A stretch of DNA of 64,000 nucleotides from Escherichia coli (GCF_044324875.1 NZ_CP172185.1); one strand, 5' to 3'. Numbered from the stretch's first letter, positions 1-16,174 are shown. The notes: generated by a model from the sequence alone, not told the origin. Program-made: numbers and translations.

Positions 1-111
1 TTCCAGGCCGTCCAGCATATGGTCGGGTAACTCCACCACATGCGTACGAAAATTTGGTTTCTCGTCAATCGACACCAGTTTTGCGGTGCCCTGTACAATC
101 CCCGTAAACAT
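1..111 (-). CDS. ribC: riboflavin synthase, N-terminal part only (gene runs off window start)
   Basis: Reverse complement of 1..111 translates [37 protein letters not shown], a riboflavin synthase N-terminus; ATG at 111..109. Confidence 0.7.
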   Translation of the reverse strand, partial: MFTGIVQGTAKLVSIDEKPNFRTHVVELPDHMLDGLE

Positions 112-304
112 ACTTACAACTCCTGAAATCAGTTAAGACATTCTGTTCAGCACAATAGCAGGTGGCAAACGCCCTTACCAGTGAAGGGGTAAGAATGGCT
201 ATTTTTTCACTGGAGAATTAATAAATCCTCGCTACAATAGACTGAATTTCCCCTGCTTCTTCTTTTTGCTGCCCATTCAGGCGGCTTTTTAGTCTCTCAT
301 ATAA

Positions 305-1699
<1,395 letters not shown>

Positions 1700-1708
1700 T
1701 AAAGACAA

Positions 1709-1742
1709 GGCGCAACCTTCACGGGTTGCGCCTGTGTTTTTA
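1709..1742. terminator. GC hairpin between convergent mdtK and ydhQ, likely bidirectional terminator
   Basis: ggcgcaacc / ggttgcgcc stem followed by tgtgttttt. Confidence 0.45.
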
Positions 1743-2996
1743 CGCAGGCTGGAGCGTTGCGCCAATCCCGTCTTCGTCTGGCTGTAGTTTCAGTGCGTTA
1801 CACAGAGTTTGCCGACTGGCATCTGTTATCTCAACGTGTATATCACCAGTAACTTCCCCTTTCACATTGATGAAGTCAGGTGAAATTTCTTTCGCACTGG
1901 TTTGCAGGCAAATCGCTCCCTCTCCGCGCAGGCGTTTCACTTTCAGTTGCACATGCGTTGCCGCACCAGTGATTAGCCACAGTTTTCCGCCATTGAGATT
2001 GATGTTACCAACACTGAAAGTGACACTGTCACCTTTTACCGTACTGCCGTCGAGAATCAATACACCGCCCTGCTGTACAGTAATCGTTGATTGTTGCAGA
2101 TCTGCGCCATAGCCAATAATCATTGAAGCGCCGTCCAGTAATGCAACACTACCGGTCAGTTCAACCGGTGCGCGATCTTCCTCTACGACAAAATTTTCGT
2201 CCGCGCTGGTGGGTGACAACAGGATGACTGTCCCACCTTGTATTACCGCATTTTCCAGCGTACCGGCATGCACTTCAGCCCGCCCCCCCACATTAACGGA
2301 CAGGTTTTGCGTCTTACCGGAACTGTAGAGCTGAAGACCATCCGTACCCAGACGATAGATGCCTCCATTCTCAACAATAGTGTCAGAGTCTTCACCACCG
2401 AGATTATTCATGGTGCCACCAGCAAGCAATGTATCACTGGCTTTCCCCGCCAGCATAAAAACGCCGCCCTGATTAATCTCACAATTGCTGGCTTCCCCAC
2501 CTGGATACACCAACAATTCACCACCTTCATCTACCACGACCGCTGAGGTTGTCCCATTGACCAACAGGCCACCCTCTTGATCGAGAATAATTTTTTCCGC
2601 GCGATGGCCTTCCAGTACACGCAGGTTACCGCCATTTTCCAGCAACAAACCGCAGGCATAACCTTTATCAACGCTGAATTCACCTTCGGGATGGCGGCCA
2701 TTAACCGTAGCGAGCGTAGAGAGACTAATTGCGCCTCCCTCGGACTGAACAATATCTGTGGCAATGGCACCGTCGCTGACCGATAGCGTGCCATTGTTGC
2801 CGTACTGTGTGCATTTGGCGATCCCACCGGTTGCCACTTTCAACCAGCCAGCCCCCGTGACCACGGTATTTTCGGCTCTTCCGCCAGCTTCAACAATTAA
2901 CTCACCTTCAGTAAGTTGCGTCGCGCCAATGACCTCGCCGGTCTTAACAATTTGCACGTTCCCGTCGCTCATCAAGTTTTTCGCATCAGATCCCAT
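1740..2996 (-). CDS. ydhQ: autotransporter-adhesin-related protein
   Basis: 418-aa ORF, Gly/Thr/Asn-rich beta-helix-like repeats; position between mdtK and the tRNA-Val pair. Confidence 0.8.
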   Translation of the reverse strand: MGSDAKNLMSDGNVQIVKTGEVIGATQLTEGELIVEAGGRAENTVVTGAGWLKVATGGIAKCTQYGNNGTLSVSDGAIATDIVQSEGGAISLSTLATVNGRHPEGEFSVDKGYACGLLLENGGNLRVLEGHRAEKIILDQEGGLLVNGTTSAVVVDEGGELLVYPGGEASNCEINQGGVFMLAGKASDTLLAGGTMNNLGGEDSDTIVENGGIYRLGTDGLQLYSSGKTQNLSVNVGGRAEVHAGTLENAVIQGGTVILLSPTSADENFVVEEDRAPVELTGSVALLDGASMIIGYGADLQQSTITVQQGGVLILDGSTVKGDSVTFSVGNINLNGGKLWLITGAATHVQLKVKRLRGEGAICLQTSAKEISPDFINVKGEVTGDIHVEITDASRQTLCNALKLQPDEDGIGATLQPA

Positions 2997-3304
2997 GATT
3001 TATTCCTTTGCTGCATCTGTGTGCCTTTATTGCTACCTAAGTGTAAAGGCTACGGAGGATTTATCCACGACAGATTTTGAGATGGTGGCAAACAACTCTG
3101 TTTAAACTCTGATACACGGATTATTGGGTTGTATCTGATGTAAATGCGATCCTGAATAAAAATCGCCCTTGCAAATCAACAAAATATAGCCAATTTGCTT
3201 AAAAGCTCTGCAAACGGTCGAAATAGCGCAGAAAATTACGTTTTGCCTCTTGCCACCTTCCCACTCTGCCGCTAATATTCGTCCCCGTTGTCACCTACAA
3301 CGTT

Positions 3305-3381
3305 GCGTTCATAGCTCAGTTGGTTAGAGCACCACCTTGACATGGTGGGGGTCGTTGGTTCGAGTCCAATTGAACGCACCA
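3305..3381 (+). tRNA. valV: tRNA-Val (GAC)
   Basis: GCGTTCATAGCTCAGTTGGTTAGAGCACCACCTTGACATGGTGG...CGCACCA; cloverleaf with GAC anticodon and CCA end. Confidence 0.93.
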
Positions 3382-3385
3382 TCCT

Positions 3386-3462
3386 GCGTCCGTAGCTCAG
3401 TTGGTTAGAGCACCACCTTGACATGGTGGGGGTCGGTGGTTCGAGTCCACTCGGACGCACCA
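3386..3462 (+). tRNA. valW: tRNA-Val (GAC), tandem copy
   Basis: GCGTCCGTAGCTCAGTTGGTTAGAGCACCACCTTGACATGGTGG...CGCACCA; 4-nt spacer after valV. Confidence 0.93.
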
Positions 3463-3570
3463 GATTTTCTTAATCTGGTCTTCTCCTTTTTTCCCTCTGT
3501 TTCTTCTCTGTATCCAATACGTTAAAAGATTTACACTGTCTTCGTATGCGTTATCAGAAGGAGAATCGCT

Positions 3571-3876
3571 ATGGCAACTTTGTTACAACTTCATTTTTCT
3601 TTCAATGGCCCATTTGGCGACGCAATGGCTGAGCAGCTTAAACCGCTTGCTGAGTCGATTAATCAGGAACCTGGTTTTCTGTGGAAGGTATGGACAGAAA
3701 GTGAAAAGAACCACGAAGCCGGTGGGATCTACCTTTTTACTGATGAAAAAAGCGCCCTTGCCTATCTGGAAAAACATACTGCCCGACTGAAAAATCTCGG
3801 CGTTGAGGAAGTTGTCGCCAAAGTTTTCGATGTCAATGAGCCACTTAGTCAAATCAGTCAGGCAAAACTCGCCTGA
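3571..3876 (+). CDS. ydhR: small conserved protein (putative monooxygenase-like)
   Basis: 101-aa ORF with GGAG-type RBS; synteny. Confidence 0.8.
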   Translation: MATLLQLHFSFNGPFGDAMAEQLKPLAESINQEPGFLWKVWTESEKNHEAGGIYLFTDEKSALAYLEKHTARLKNLGVEEVVAKVFDVNEPLSQISQAKLA

Positions 3877-4001
3877 CAGAATTTAATCAAGGGCGGTTAG
3901 CGCCCTTTTCATCCCTGTCTGAAATTTCTCAAATTCTAAAAATCTCAACCAAACTTATCTGATAACACTAAATTCGAAAGAATGCGTACAGGTAAGTAAC
4001 A

Positions 4002-5612
4002 ATGAAAAAAATTGCTATTGTGGGTGCCGGGCCTACGGGGATCTACACCTTATTCTCGCTTCTAAAGCAACAAACTCCACTTTCTATTTCTATCTTCGAG
4101 CAGGCTGATGAAGCCGGTGTCGGGATGCCATACAGTGATGAGGAAAACTCAAAACTGATGCTGGCAAATATTGCCAGTATTGAAATACCGCCGATTTATT
4201 GTACGTATCTCGAATGGCTACAAAAGCAAGAAGCCAGCCATCTCCAGCGTTATGGCGTCAAAAAAGAAACCTTGCACGATCGTCAGTTTTTACCGCGAAT
4301 TCTGCTGGGCGAATATTTCCGCGATCAATTTTTACGATTAGTAGACCAGGCACGACAGCAAAAATTTGCGGTGGCTGTTTATGAATCATGCCAGGTTACC
4401 GATCTGCAAATTACAAATGCTGGCGTCATGCTCGCTACAAATCAGGATTTACCCAGCGAGACGTTTGATTTAGCAGTGATCGCCACGGGTCACGTCTGGC
4501 CTGATGAAGAAAAAGTAACCAGAACGTACTTTCCCAGCCCGTGGTCAGGCCTGATGGAAGCAAAGGTCGATGCGTGTAACGTGGGTATTATGGGAACATC
4601 CTTGAGCGGACTGGATGCGGCAATGGCAGTGGCTATTCAGCATGGTTCGTTCATTGAAGATGATAAACAACACGTCATTTTTCACCGCGATAACGCAAGT
4701 GAAAAGCTAAATATTACGTTAATGTCGCGCACAGGTATTTTACCCGAAGCCGATTTCTATTGCCCTATTCCCTACGAGCCCTTACACATCGTCACTGATC
4801 AGGCATTAAATGCTGAGATTCAAAAAGGCGAATATGGCCTTTTGGATCGGGTATTTAGATTGATAGTAGAGGAAATCAAGTTTGCTGATCCAGGCTGGAG
4901 CCAACGCATAGCCTTAGAGAGCCTGAATGTCGATTCCTTTGCTCAAGCCTGGTTTGCCGAGCGCAAACAACGCGCCCCATTCGACTGGGCAGAAAAAAAT
5001 CTCCAGGAAGTCGAACGCAATAAACGAGAAAAACATACTGTTCCCTGGCGTTATGTCATTCTGCGCCTGCATGAAGCAGTACAGGAAATTGTTCCACATC
5101 TGAATGAACACGACCATAAACGGTTCAGTAAAGGCCTTGCCCGGGTTTTCATCGATAATTATGCGGCAATCCCTTCAGAGTCTATTCGTCGACTACTGGC
5201 CTTACGTGAAGCGGGAATCATTCATATTCTCGCCCTCGGTGAAGACTACGAAATGGAAATTAATGAGTCGCGCACCGTCCTGAAAACGGAAGACAATAGC
5301 TACTCGTTTGACGTTTTTATTGATGCCCGCGGGCAGCGTCCGCTTAAAGTGAAAGATATTCCTTTCCCTGGACTACGCGAACAATTACAGAAAACAGGGG
5401 ATGAAATCCCTGATGTTGGCGAAGATTATACGCTACAGCAACCCGAAGAAATTCGTGGGCGCGTAGCGTTCGGCGCGTTGCCCTGGTTGATGCACGACCA
5501 GCCATTCGTACAGGGACTTACGGCATGTGCAGAAATTGGTGAGGCGATGGCTCAGGCGGTCGTAAAGCCTGCATACCGTGCTCGTCGGCGTCTTTCGTTT
5601 AATCAAATGTAA
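4002..5612 (+). CDS. ydhS: FAD/NAD(P)-binding protein
   Basis: 536-aa ORF; N-terminal IAIVGAGPTGIY dinucleotide-binding motif. Confidence 0.8.
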   Translation: MKKIAIVGAGPTGIYTLFSLLKQQTPLSISIFEQADEAGVGMPYSDEENSKLMLANIASIEIPPIYCTYLEWLQKQEASHLQRYGVKKETLHDRQFLPRILLGEYFRDQFLRLVDQARQQKFAVAVYESCQVTDLQITNAGVMLATNQDLPSETFDLAVIATGHVWPDEEKVTRTYFPSPWSGLMEAKVDACNVGIMGTSLSGLDAAMAVAIQHGSFIEDDKQHVIFHRDNASEKLNITLMSRTGILPEADFYCPIPYEPLHIVTDQALNAEIQKGEYGLLDRVFRLIVEEIKFADPGWSQRIALESLNVDSFAQAWFAERKQRAPFDWAEKNLQEVERNKREKHTVPWRYVILRLHEAVQEIVPHLNEHDHKRFSKGLARVFIDNYAAIPSESIRRLLALREAGIIHILALGEDYEMEINESRTVLKTEDNSYSFDVFIDARGQRPLKVKDIPFPGLREQLQKTGDEIPDVGEDYTLQQPEEIRGRVAFGALPWLMHDQPFVQGLTACAEIGEAMAQAVVKPAYRARRRLSFNQM

Positions 5613-5617
5613 AGCTA

Positions 5618-6430
5618 TCAGCACTCAACAAACTGATGCTGTTCATTAAGGTGATAGCGGACTCCGGCTCGAATATTGTTTTCACCTTCAATGGCGACGG
5701 CGAAGCGAACTCTTTCGCCGTCATGATATGCCAGTGCGGCGCTTCCTCCTGGCCCGAGAATAATTGAGTCGACCACGCCCGTGCTCACTACCGTTGAATT
5801 TTCACCGCTGGCAATGATGTGTACATTGTCGCCGCTGTTGGCAATTCTGGCGTTTGCGCCAAAGCTGGCGATTTGCACCAGGTCACCATTACTGGCGACA
5901 TGACATCGTTCACCCAATGTACAAACGCGTACTCGCATTCCGGTATTCGCAATCCGACTACTATCTCCAGCGCTGCTTATCCGCGAAGAATTACCGGTTA
6001 CAGCAACCCGTGCGCGTTCACCGGAGCTGCCAATGTGACTGTTAAAGCCGACACTTCCAATCCGCACGCTATAACCCATACTGGCAATTTGCGCGGCATA
6101 CCCAGCAGTTGCGATTCTGGCATTATCCTCACAACAGCCGATGCGAGCATGATCGTCGCTGCGGGCAAACTGACTGCAAAATGGTCTCTCTCCGGGATCT
6201 GTGGCCAGTTTTTGCATAGAAGAAACTTCCTGATGCGCGAAGTTTTCATCCGCCAGCCATTTTTTCCACGCATACTCAACCAGACTCTCCGCCCAGTCCG
6301 TATATCCTTCCTCAATCAGTGCATGATGAATATCGGCATAACTACCGCCGCGTGGGAAATGGCGCAGGAACCAGCGATACATCACCGCTCCGATACGCCA
6401 TTCTCGCAGGTCTGCTCGTGTAATGATCAT
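5618..6430 (-). CDS. ydhT: uncharacterised protein of the ydhYVWXUT cluster
   Basis: 270-aa ORF with repetitive Gly/Ser/Asn-rich segments; synteny. Confidence 0.75.
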   Translation of the reverse strand: MIITRADLREWRIGAVMYRWFLRHFPRGGSYADIHHALIEEGYTDWAESLVEYAWKKWLADENFAHQEVSSMQKLATDPGERPFCSQFARSDDHARIGCCEDNARIATAGYAAQIASMGYSVRIGSVGFNSHIGSSGERARVAVTGNSSRISSAGDSSRIANTGMRVRVCTLGERCHVASNGDLVQIASFGANARIANSGDNVHIIASGENSTVVSTGVVDSIILGPGGSAALAYHDGERVRFAVAIEGENNIRAGVRYHLNEQHQFVEC

Positions 6431-6433
6431 TCG

Positions 6434-7219
6434 TTAGTGCCGGTGATAGCCATCGACCATGCTTTTAAAGGTTTCGTGTGGCGTACGCCCCGTGGTGCAA
6501 AGATAAAGATGACCGAAGATAAAAAAGAGGCTTATAAATGCCAGAGCAAAATGCGCCTGCAATAACCAGTATCTTACACCAGGAAACACATCTCCCACGG
6601 CTTGCGGATAGAGACACAGCAGCCCCGTCAATAGTAACAACGGCAGCAATCCATACATGACACCAATATAGGCAACCTGCTGTAAGGGATTAAATTTAGA
6701 CTGGGTTGTTGCCGGGAAAGGATGTTCTTCCCCCTGCATAATGCCAAACAAATAAAATCGCGTTTGTTTTGCCGCTCGCTCCAGCCACCCCTGACGACGA
6801 ATGCGATAGTGGTGACCATTACCCCCAACGGCATTGATCAGAACAAAGCCGAGCCAACATGCCAGTAACAAAAATCCGCAAACTTCATGCACCGCAACCA
6901 GACTTTTAACCGCAGTTGCGCCCACCAGCGCAAAGTGATTTATCAGCCCACTTGCCAGCAACAATACAAAGAGTAACGCATTCGACCAGTGCCATAATCT
7001 GACCGCTTTGCTGTAAAGATAAACCTTCTCACCATGGTCGGTGGCTGATTTCTTCACGCCACGAGCACGAAGCAAGGCATGCAGCCCCAGCACAAACCAC
7101 ATCCCTACCAGCAATAGTCCGGCAATGATCAACCACACCGGCCAAAATTGGGGAGTGAACTGTGGCACATAGTTCGCCAACTGGCTCTGAAACTGTTCAG
7201 CATGTTGCGACGGGTTCAT
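6434..7219 (-). CDS. ydhU: membrane b-type cytochrome-like subunit
   Basis: 261-aa ORF with several hydrophobic helices; 4-bp overlap with ydhX. Confidence 0.8.
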   Translation of the reverse strand: MNPSQHAEQFQSQLANYVPQFTPQFWPVWLIIAGLLLVGMWFVLGLHALLRARGVKKSATDHGEKVYLYSKAVRLWHWSNALLFVLLLASGLINHFALVGATAVKSLVAVHEVCGFLLLACWLGFVLINAVGGNGHHYRIRRQGWLERAAKQTRFYLFGIMQGEEHPFPATTQSKFNPLQQVAYIGVMYGLLPLLLLTGLLCLYPQAVGDVFPGVRYWLLQAHFALAFISLFFIFGHLYLCTTGRTPHETFKSMVDGYHRH

Positions 7220-7884
7220 ACATTTTCCTTTTTAATCAAATGTTGACCGAACCGGCGATACAGGTGCGGTTTCCCAGCACCAGGTAGCTGATATTGATAG
7301 TATTTATTTTCCTGCAACCACGCCTGAATTTCTGGGCTATCTTCGCGACCAAAGATCAATGCGTGTTCCGGACAGGCGCTGACGCAAATGGGCGGAAAGC
7401 CTTTTGCCAGTCGGGACTCAGCGCAGAAATCACATTTATCTGCCACTTTAGTGACAGGGTTAAGGTAGCGAACCTGGTAAGGACAAGCGCCAATGCAATA
7501 ACTGCAGCCGATGCACTGCGATTTTTCTACCCGCACGATCCCCTGCTCATCACGCCACGACGCCCCTGTCGGGCATACGTCGATGCAAGGAGCATCTTCA
7601 CAGTGCTGGCATGACTGGCGAAAATAGTGATACTGCGTTTCGTTGTCGTTATCGGTGACTGGAATGTGTGCTATCGATAAACGGCTTCCCTGAGCGGGGA
7701 CGTGGTTAGTTTTACGGCATGCGCGGGCGCAAATATTACAGCCATTGCACCGTGACTCGTCATGAATCATGGCATACCGAACTTTCTTTTCTTGCCTCGT
7801 GTTCGCTAACAGAGAAGACGCAGAACCAGTAAAAAAGATTACTGTTCCCATCCCCAGAACAAATTTGCGTCGAGTGAAGGACAT
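7216..7884 (-). CDS. ydhX: ferredoxin-like 4Fe-4S protein with Tat signal
   Basis: Twin-arginine motif RRKFVLG after the internal Met; several CxxCxxCxxxCP clusters; start chosen at the internal Met (222 aa). Confidence 0.75.
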   Translation of the reverse strand: MSFTRRKFVLGMGTVIFFTGSASSLLANTRQEKKVRYAMIHDESRCNGCNICARACRKTNHVPAQGSRLSIAHIPVTDNDNETQYHYFRQSCQHCEDAPCIDVCPTGASWRDEQGIVRVEKSQCIGCSYCIGACPYQVRYLNPVTKVADKCDFCAESRLAKGFPPICVSACPEHALIFGREDSPEIQAWLQENKYYQYQLPGAGKPHLYRRFGQHLIKKENV

Positions 7885-7947
7885 CTGATTATCCCCTAAT
7901 GCAGTGGCTGCAACTGTCCACCCTATCCATGACATCTCCCTGAAATT

Positions 7948-8595
7948 TCAGGGGTTCTGAAACTGCTCTACCTCGAACCATTCGCATAAGCCATACGCCT
8001 TGCCATAGGTCATAAATCGCTCGCTAAACAAGTACAACACCGCCGTCGATGACTCCACCTGCCGTATATCAGCATATTCAGGTGCAATATCCATCGCGGC
8101 GATCGCGGATTCGATCTGCGCTTCCTGGAAGTAATATGGCGCTTGCATCAGCATGGCGACTTTGTAAGGACGAGGATACGTCTGGCACTCAAAACGAACG
8201 GCGTGTGCAATGGCGCGACAAATGTCCTGCTCCACAACTTGCAAAGACATCGCCGCGTAGTTTTCACTCATGGCCTGAGTTGAGTAATAGTAATCATCCT
8301 GGCTTCCCGTCAAACAAGCGATATCCGCGTGGTCTCCGTTCTGCTTAATGCTTTCCAGCAAAACTGACAGTTCCTCTTCTGCAACCGAATAGGGTGGCGA
8401 AAGAAACACGGCGCGCGCCACCAGCTGCCCAGCCGCAGAATGCTGACGAATGAACTCTGCCAGGATTTCAGCAGGTTCTGGTTCGGTTACCGTATCAACG
8501 GGGTGACGCATCCCCTGCAACCATTGCCGCTTCGCCTCATCAACTTCGCTGACTTTCGCTAACGGCAATTCATCCTGATGGTTCATCTCACCCAT
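7948..8595 (-). CDS. ydhW: uncharacterised protein
   Basis: 215-aa ORF between ydhX and ydhV. Confidence 0.7.
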   Translation of the reverse strand: MGEMNHQDELPLAKVSEVDEAKRQWLQGMRHPVDTVTEPEPAEILAEFIRQHSAAGQLVARAVFLSPPYSVAEEELSVLLESIKQNGDHADIACLTGSQDDYYYSTQAMSENYAAMSLQVVEQDICRAIAHAVRFECQTYPRPYKVAMLMQAPYYFQEAQIESAIAAMDIAPEYADIRQVESSTAVLYLFSERFMTYGKAYGLCEWFEVEQFQNP

Positions 8596-8598
8596 TCC

Positions 8599-11348
<2,750 letters not shown>

Positions 11349-11803
11349 TTATTTCGCATCCTCTTCGCAAACACAGTGCTGACAATTCAGCAGACTGATA
11401 TTAAGCATTCAACTAATACGCTGCTGACTCTGTCCCCAACACCAGATATTTTCCCTAACCCGATAGTGTATGAGAAAAGATTTAACGCTGATAAACTAAT
11501 CCTTTATGGTTAGGAGAAAAAATAATGTGATTATTCTGAGCTCTTAACATTGATCGTTATCAATTAAAATCACTAAGCAAGAAATTATAAGTGAACTGAT
11601 ATTTATTATCATTTGAAATAAATTTAACTTAAACGACAATTATTTGTGACGTTCATTGCAGAAAATAAAAATAACATTATCGTTATAAATTAAAATACAT
11701 ACCGAAATTCGTATAATTTCAGCAGTTGTTATTTAGAATGATTAACTGGACCACAACTAAACTAACAATATCAGGATGAAGCTTACCGCCTCATCCTGAA
11801 TGG

Positions 11804-12013
11804 TCATTTTACCAGTGCGTTAATGACGGTTTCCATCGCCTGCTTTTCTAGCTCACTGCGCTGAATGCGTTTATTGGCTAATGCTGTACGTAACACGCCT
11901 GCGATAACAATATGCTTTGGTTCCTGCCCCAGATCGCGCATTTCCAGCACAACTTTACCGACAACTCTGCACATTTCTCGGTACAGTTCATCCTCTTTTG
12001 TCCGGTTTCCCAT
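11804..12013 (-). CDS. fumD: small protein (fumarase D)
   Basis: 69-aa ORF; position between ydhY and pykF. Confidence 0.65.
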   Translation of the reverse strand: MGNRTKEDELYREMCRVVGKVVLEMRDLGQEPKHIVIAGVLRTALANKRIQRSELEKQAMETVINALVK

Positions 12014-12283
12014 TCTTTATACCTATTTATCATGCCAACTATCAGCATATATCAATCTAACCAATTAAACAAAAACCAAACAAAATCAGACAAATAACGC
12101 GATAAATTATTTTAACTGTAGCAATTGAGCGATGATGTATTTATACACCGGATGAACTTTCACTTATCTTCACACTGACAACTTCGGCACCAGACGTTGC
12201 GCAAACAGCGAAGTTTTTGCGTAACCTTTTCCCTGGAACGTTAAATCTTTGATAACAATTTATTGTCTTACAAGTTGTATATT

Positions 12284-12298
12284 TTTTGAAACGCTGTT
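12284..12298. promoter_or_regulatory. possible Cra (FruR)-type box upstream of pykF
   Basis: tgaaacgctg motif in the pykF upstream region; weak by-eye match. Confidence 0.25.
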
Positions 12299-12569
12299 TT
12301 TGTTTTCCTTTTGGATTAATTTCAGCGTATAATGCGCGCCAATTGACTCTTGAATGGTTTCAGCACTTTGGACTGTAGAACTCAACGACTCAAAAACAGG
12401 CACTCACGTTGGGCTGAGACACAAGCACACATTCCTCTGCACGCTTTTTCGATGTCACCTATCCTTAGAGCGAGGCAACACCACTTTCGTAATACCGGAT
12501 TCGCTTTCCGGCAGTGCGCCCAGAAAGCAAGTTTCTCCCATCCTTCTCAACTTAAAGACTAAGACTGTC

Positions 12570-13982
12570 ATGAAAAAGACCAAAATTGTTTGCACCATCG
12601 GACCGAAAACCGAATCTGAAGAGATGTTAGCTAAAATGCTGGACGCTGGCATGAACGTTATGCGTCTGAACTTCTCTCATGGTGACTATGCAGAACACGG
12701 TCAGCGCATTCAGAATCTGCGCAACGTGATGAGCAAAACTGGTAAAACCGCCGCTATCCTGCTTGATACCAAAGGTCCGGAAATCCGCACCATGAAACTG
12801 GAAGGCGGTAACGACGTTTCTCTGAAAGCGGGTCAGACCTTTACTTTCACCACTGATAAATCTGTTATCGGCAACAGCGAAATGGTTGCGGTAACGTATG
12901 AAGGTTTCACTACTGACCTGTCTGTTGGCAACACCGTACTGGTTGACGATGGTCTGATCGGTATGGAAGTTACCGCCATTGAAGGTAACAAAGTTATCTG
13001 TAAAGTGCTGAACAACGGCGACCTGGGTGAAAACAAAGGTGTGAACCTGCCTGGCGTTTCCATTGCCCTGCCAGCACTGGCTGAAAAAGACAAACAGGAC
13101 CTGATCTTTGGTTGCGAACAAGGCGTAGACTTTGTCGCTGCTTCCTTTATTCGTAAGCGTTCTGACGTTATCGAAATCCGTGAGCACCTGAAAGCGCACG
13201 GCGGCGAAAACATCCACATCATCTCCAAAATCGAAAACCAGGAAGGCCTCAACAACTTCGACGAAATCCTCGAAGCCTCTGACGGCATCATGGTTGCGCG
13301 TGGCGACCTGGGTGTAGAAATCCCGGTAGAAGAAGTTATCTTCGCCCAGAAGATGATGATCGAAAAATGTATCCGTGCACGTAAAGTCGTTATCACTGCG
13401 ACCCAGATGCTGGATTCCATGATCAAAAACCCACGCCCGACTCGCGCAGAAGCCGGTGACGTTGCAAACGCCATCCTCGACGGTACTGACGCAGTGATGC
13501 TGTCTGGTGAATCCGCAAAAGGTAAATACCCGCTGGAAGCGGTTTCTATCATGGCGACCATCTGCGAACGTACCGACCGCGTGATGAACAGCCGTCTCGA
13601 GTTCAACAATGACAACCGTAAACTGCGCATTACCGAAGCGGTATGCCGTGGTGCCGTTGAAACTGCTGAAAAACTGGATGCTCCGCTGATCGTGGTTGCC
13701 ACCCAGGGCGGTAAATCTGCTCGCGCAGTACGTAAATACTTCCCGGATGCCACCATCCTGGCACTGACCACCAACGAAAAAACGGCTCATCAGTTGGTAC
13801 TGAGCAAAGGCGTTGTGCCGCAGCTGGTTAAAGAGATCACTTCTACTGATGATTTCTACCGTCTGGGTAAAGAACTGGCTCTGCAGAGCGGTCTGGCACA
13901 CAAAGGCGACGTCGTAGTTATGGTTTCTGGTGCACTGGTACCGAGCGGCACTACTAACACCGCATCTGTTCACGTCCTGTAA
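12570..13982 (+). CDS. pykF: pyruvate kinase I
   Basis: [38 protein letters not shown]...; 470 aa from the ATG at 12570; the longer 12354 ORF is an upstream extension. Confidence 0.95.
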
Positions 13983-14011
13983 TATTGCTTTTGTGAATTA
14001 ATTTGTATATC

Positions 14012-14038
14012 GAAGCGCCCTGATGGGCGCTTTTTTTA
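14012..14038 (+). terminator. rho-independent terminator of pykF
   Basis: aagcgccc tgat gggcgct followed by a T-run. Confidence 0.6.
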
Positions 14039-14280
14039 TTTAATCGATAACCAGAAGCAATAAAAAATCAAATCGGATTTCACTATATAATCTCACTTTA
14101 TCTAAGATGAATCCGATGGAAGCATCCTGTTTTCTCTCAATTTTTTTATCTAAAACCCAGCGTTCGATGCTTCTTTGAGCGAACGATCAAAAATAAGTGC
14201 CTTCCCATCAAAAAAATATTCTCAACATAAAAAACTTTGTGTAATACTTGTAACGCTACATGGAGATTAACTCAATCTAG

Positions 14281-14529
<249 letters not shown>

Positions 14530-14545
14530 TAGTACCTGTGAAGTG

Positions 14546-14577
14546 AAAAATGGCGCACATTGTGCGCCATTTTTTTT
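14546..14577 (+). terminator. rho-independent terminator of lpp
   Basis: aaaaatggcgcac attg tgcgccatttttttt. Confidence 0.75.
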
Positions 14578-14592
14578 GCCTGCCATTTACCG

Positions 14593-15597
14593 CTACTGCG
14601 TCGCGCGTAACATATTCCCTTGCTCTGGTTCACCATTCTGCGCTGACTCTACTAAAGGCGCATTGCTGGCTGCGGGAGTTGCTCCACTGCTCACCGCAAC
14701 CGGATACCCTGCCCGACGATACAACGCTTTATCGACTAATTTCTGATCTACACCCTTATTGTCTTTAAATTGCGTAAAGCCTGCTGGCAGTGTGTATGGC
14801 ATTGTCTGAACGTTCTGCTGTTCTTCTGCTGATAGTGGTCGATGTACTTCAACATAACGCATCCCGTTCGGTTCCACGGAATATTTCACCGGTTCGTTGA
14901 TCACTTTCACCGGCGTTCCCGTCCGCACGCTGGAGAATAAGGCTTTAATATCCGGCGCATTCATGCGAATACAGCCCGAACTGACGCGCAAACCGACGCT
15001 GTCCGGCGCACTGGTGCCATGAATGAGGTATTCGCCATTACCATGCGCGAGGCGCAGTGCGTAACGTCCTAGTGGGTTATTTGGCCCGGCAGGAACGACT
15101 GGCGGTAATTTAATGCCACGCTCCAACGAACGCTGACGAATGCCCGCCGTAGGCGTCCAGGTTGGGTTAGGGATTTTCTGCCCCACACGCGTTTCCATCA
15201 CTGGCGTTTCCAGCCCCTGCAAACCAATACCTATCGGATAGACCTGCACGATATTTTCTCCCGGCGGATAATAATAAAGGCGCAGCTCTGCCAGGTTAAC
15301 GATAATCCCCTGACGCGGCGCATCAGGTAATAACAGTTGCGAAGGAATAGTTATCGTCGTACCAGGTTTTGGCACCGGGGCGATAGTGTTATTGGCTTCA
15401 AGGATCAACATTGCCGCAGTATCAAAACGTCGGGCGATGGCCTGAAGGTTTTTATCCCCTTCTTGCACCGTATACGTTTGATTTTGCCCAACCAGTCGGC
15501 TTCCGGTTGGAGGTAGCGGATAATCAACCGCCCAGGCAGCCTGGATGGCGCTAAAAGCGCCGATAAGCGTGAGTGTAAGCAAAGACGCGCGTTTCAT
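14593..15597 (-). CDS. ldtE: L,D-transpeptidase (LysM + YkuD domains)
   Basis: 334-aa ORF with signal peptide and catalytic [20 protein letters not shown] motif. Confidence 0.85.
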   Translation of the reverse strand: MKRASLLTLTLIGAFSAIQAAWAVDYPLPPTGSRLVGQNQTYTVQEGDKNLQAIARRFDTAAMLILEANNTIAPVPKPGTTITIPSQLLLPDAPRQGIIVNLAELRLYYYPPGENIVQVYPIGIGLQGLETPVMETRVGQKIPNPTWTPTAGIRQRSLERGIKLPPVVPAGPNNPLGRYALRLAHGNGEYLIHGTSAPDSVGLRVSSGCIRMNAPDIKALFSSVRTGTPVKVINEPVKYSVEPNGMRYVEVHRPLSAEEQQNVQTMPYTLPAGFTQFKDNKGVDQKLVDKALYRRAGYPVAVSSGATPAASNAPLVESAQNGEPEQGNMLRATQ

Positions 15598-15745
15598 TGT
15601 AAACCTCCTGTATTTGCCGGAGACTCACGCTGAAACGTCGGATGGCACTTATGTTCACCTGAAACCGAAACACTCCTGTGCAGGTCAGTGTAAACATTGA
15701 CCATCCGGCAATGTGAGCCAACCGGATGAAAGCTGTCCCTTTAGT

Positions 15746-16162
15746 TTAGCTAAGTGCAGCGGCTTTGGCGCGAATTGCGCGAATCATCGCTTCCAGACCT
15801 TGTGAACGAGATGGGGTGAGATGTTGGGTGAGCGCCATTTTTTCAAACCACGGACGCACATCGAAATTGACAATATCCTGCGGCGTCATTTGATCATAGA
15901 GAATAAAGACGACCGCAATAAGCCCTTTCACAATCGCCGCATCGCTATCGCCCTGTAATTCAATAATTCCCTGGGCATTCTGACGCATCACAATCCACAC
16001 CTGACTCTGGCAACCCTGAATGCTATTTTGTGGGCTTCGGTCTTCGTCGCGTAATTCTGGCAGACGCTGGCCCAGCTCAATAATGTAGAGATATTTCTCT
16101 TCCCAGTTGGCGCAGCGTAAAAAATTACGCAGCAATTTTTCTTTATCCGGCAATAAAGCCAT
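15746..16162 (-). CDS. sufE: cysteine desulfuration protein SufE
   Basis: 138-aa ORF at the distal end of the suf operon. Confidence 0.85.
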
Positions 16163-16174
16163 AGTGCCTCCCTG

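Noticed and set aside
3272-3460. 62-aa minus-strand ORF spanning the two tRNA-Val genes
   Set aside because: Overlaps two canonical tRNA sequences; not coding.
5819-6565. 248-aa plus-strand ORF
   Set aside because: Antisense to ydhT and ydhU; no RBS context; shadow ORF.
12627-13973. 448-aa and 313-aa ORFs antisense to pykF
   Set aside because: They lie entirely inside the well-supported pykF frame on the opposite strand; typical shadow ORFs.
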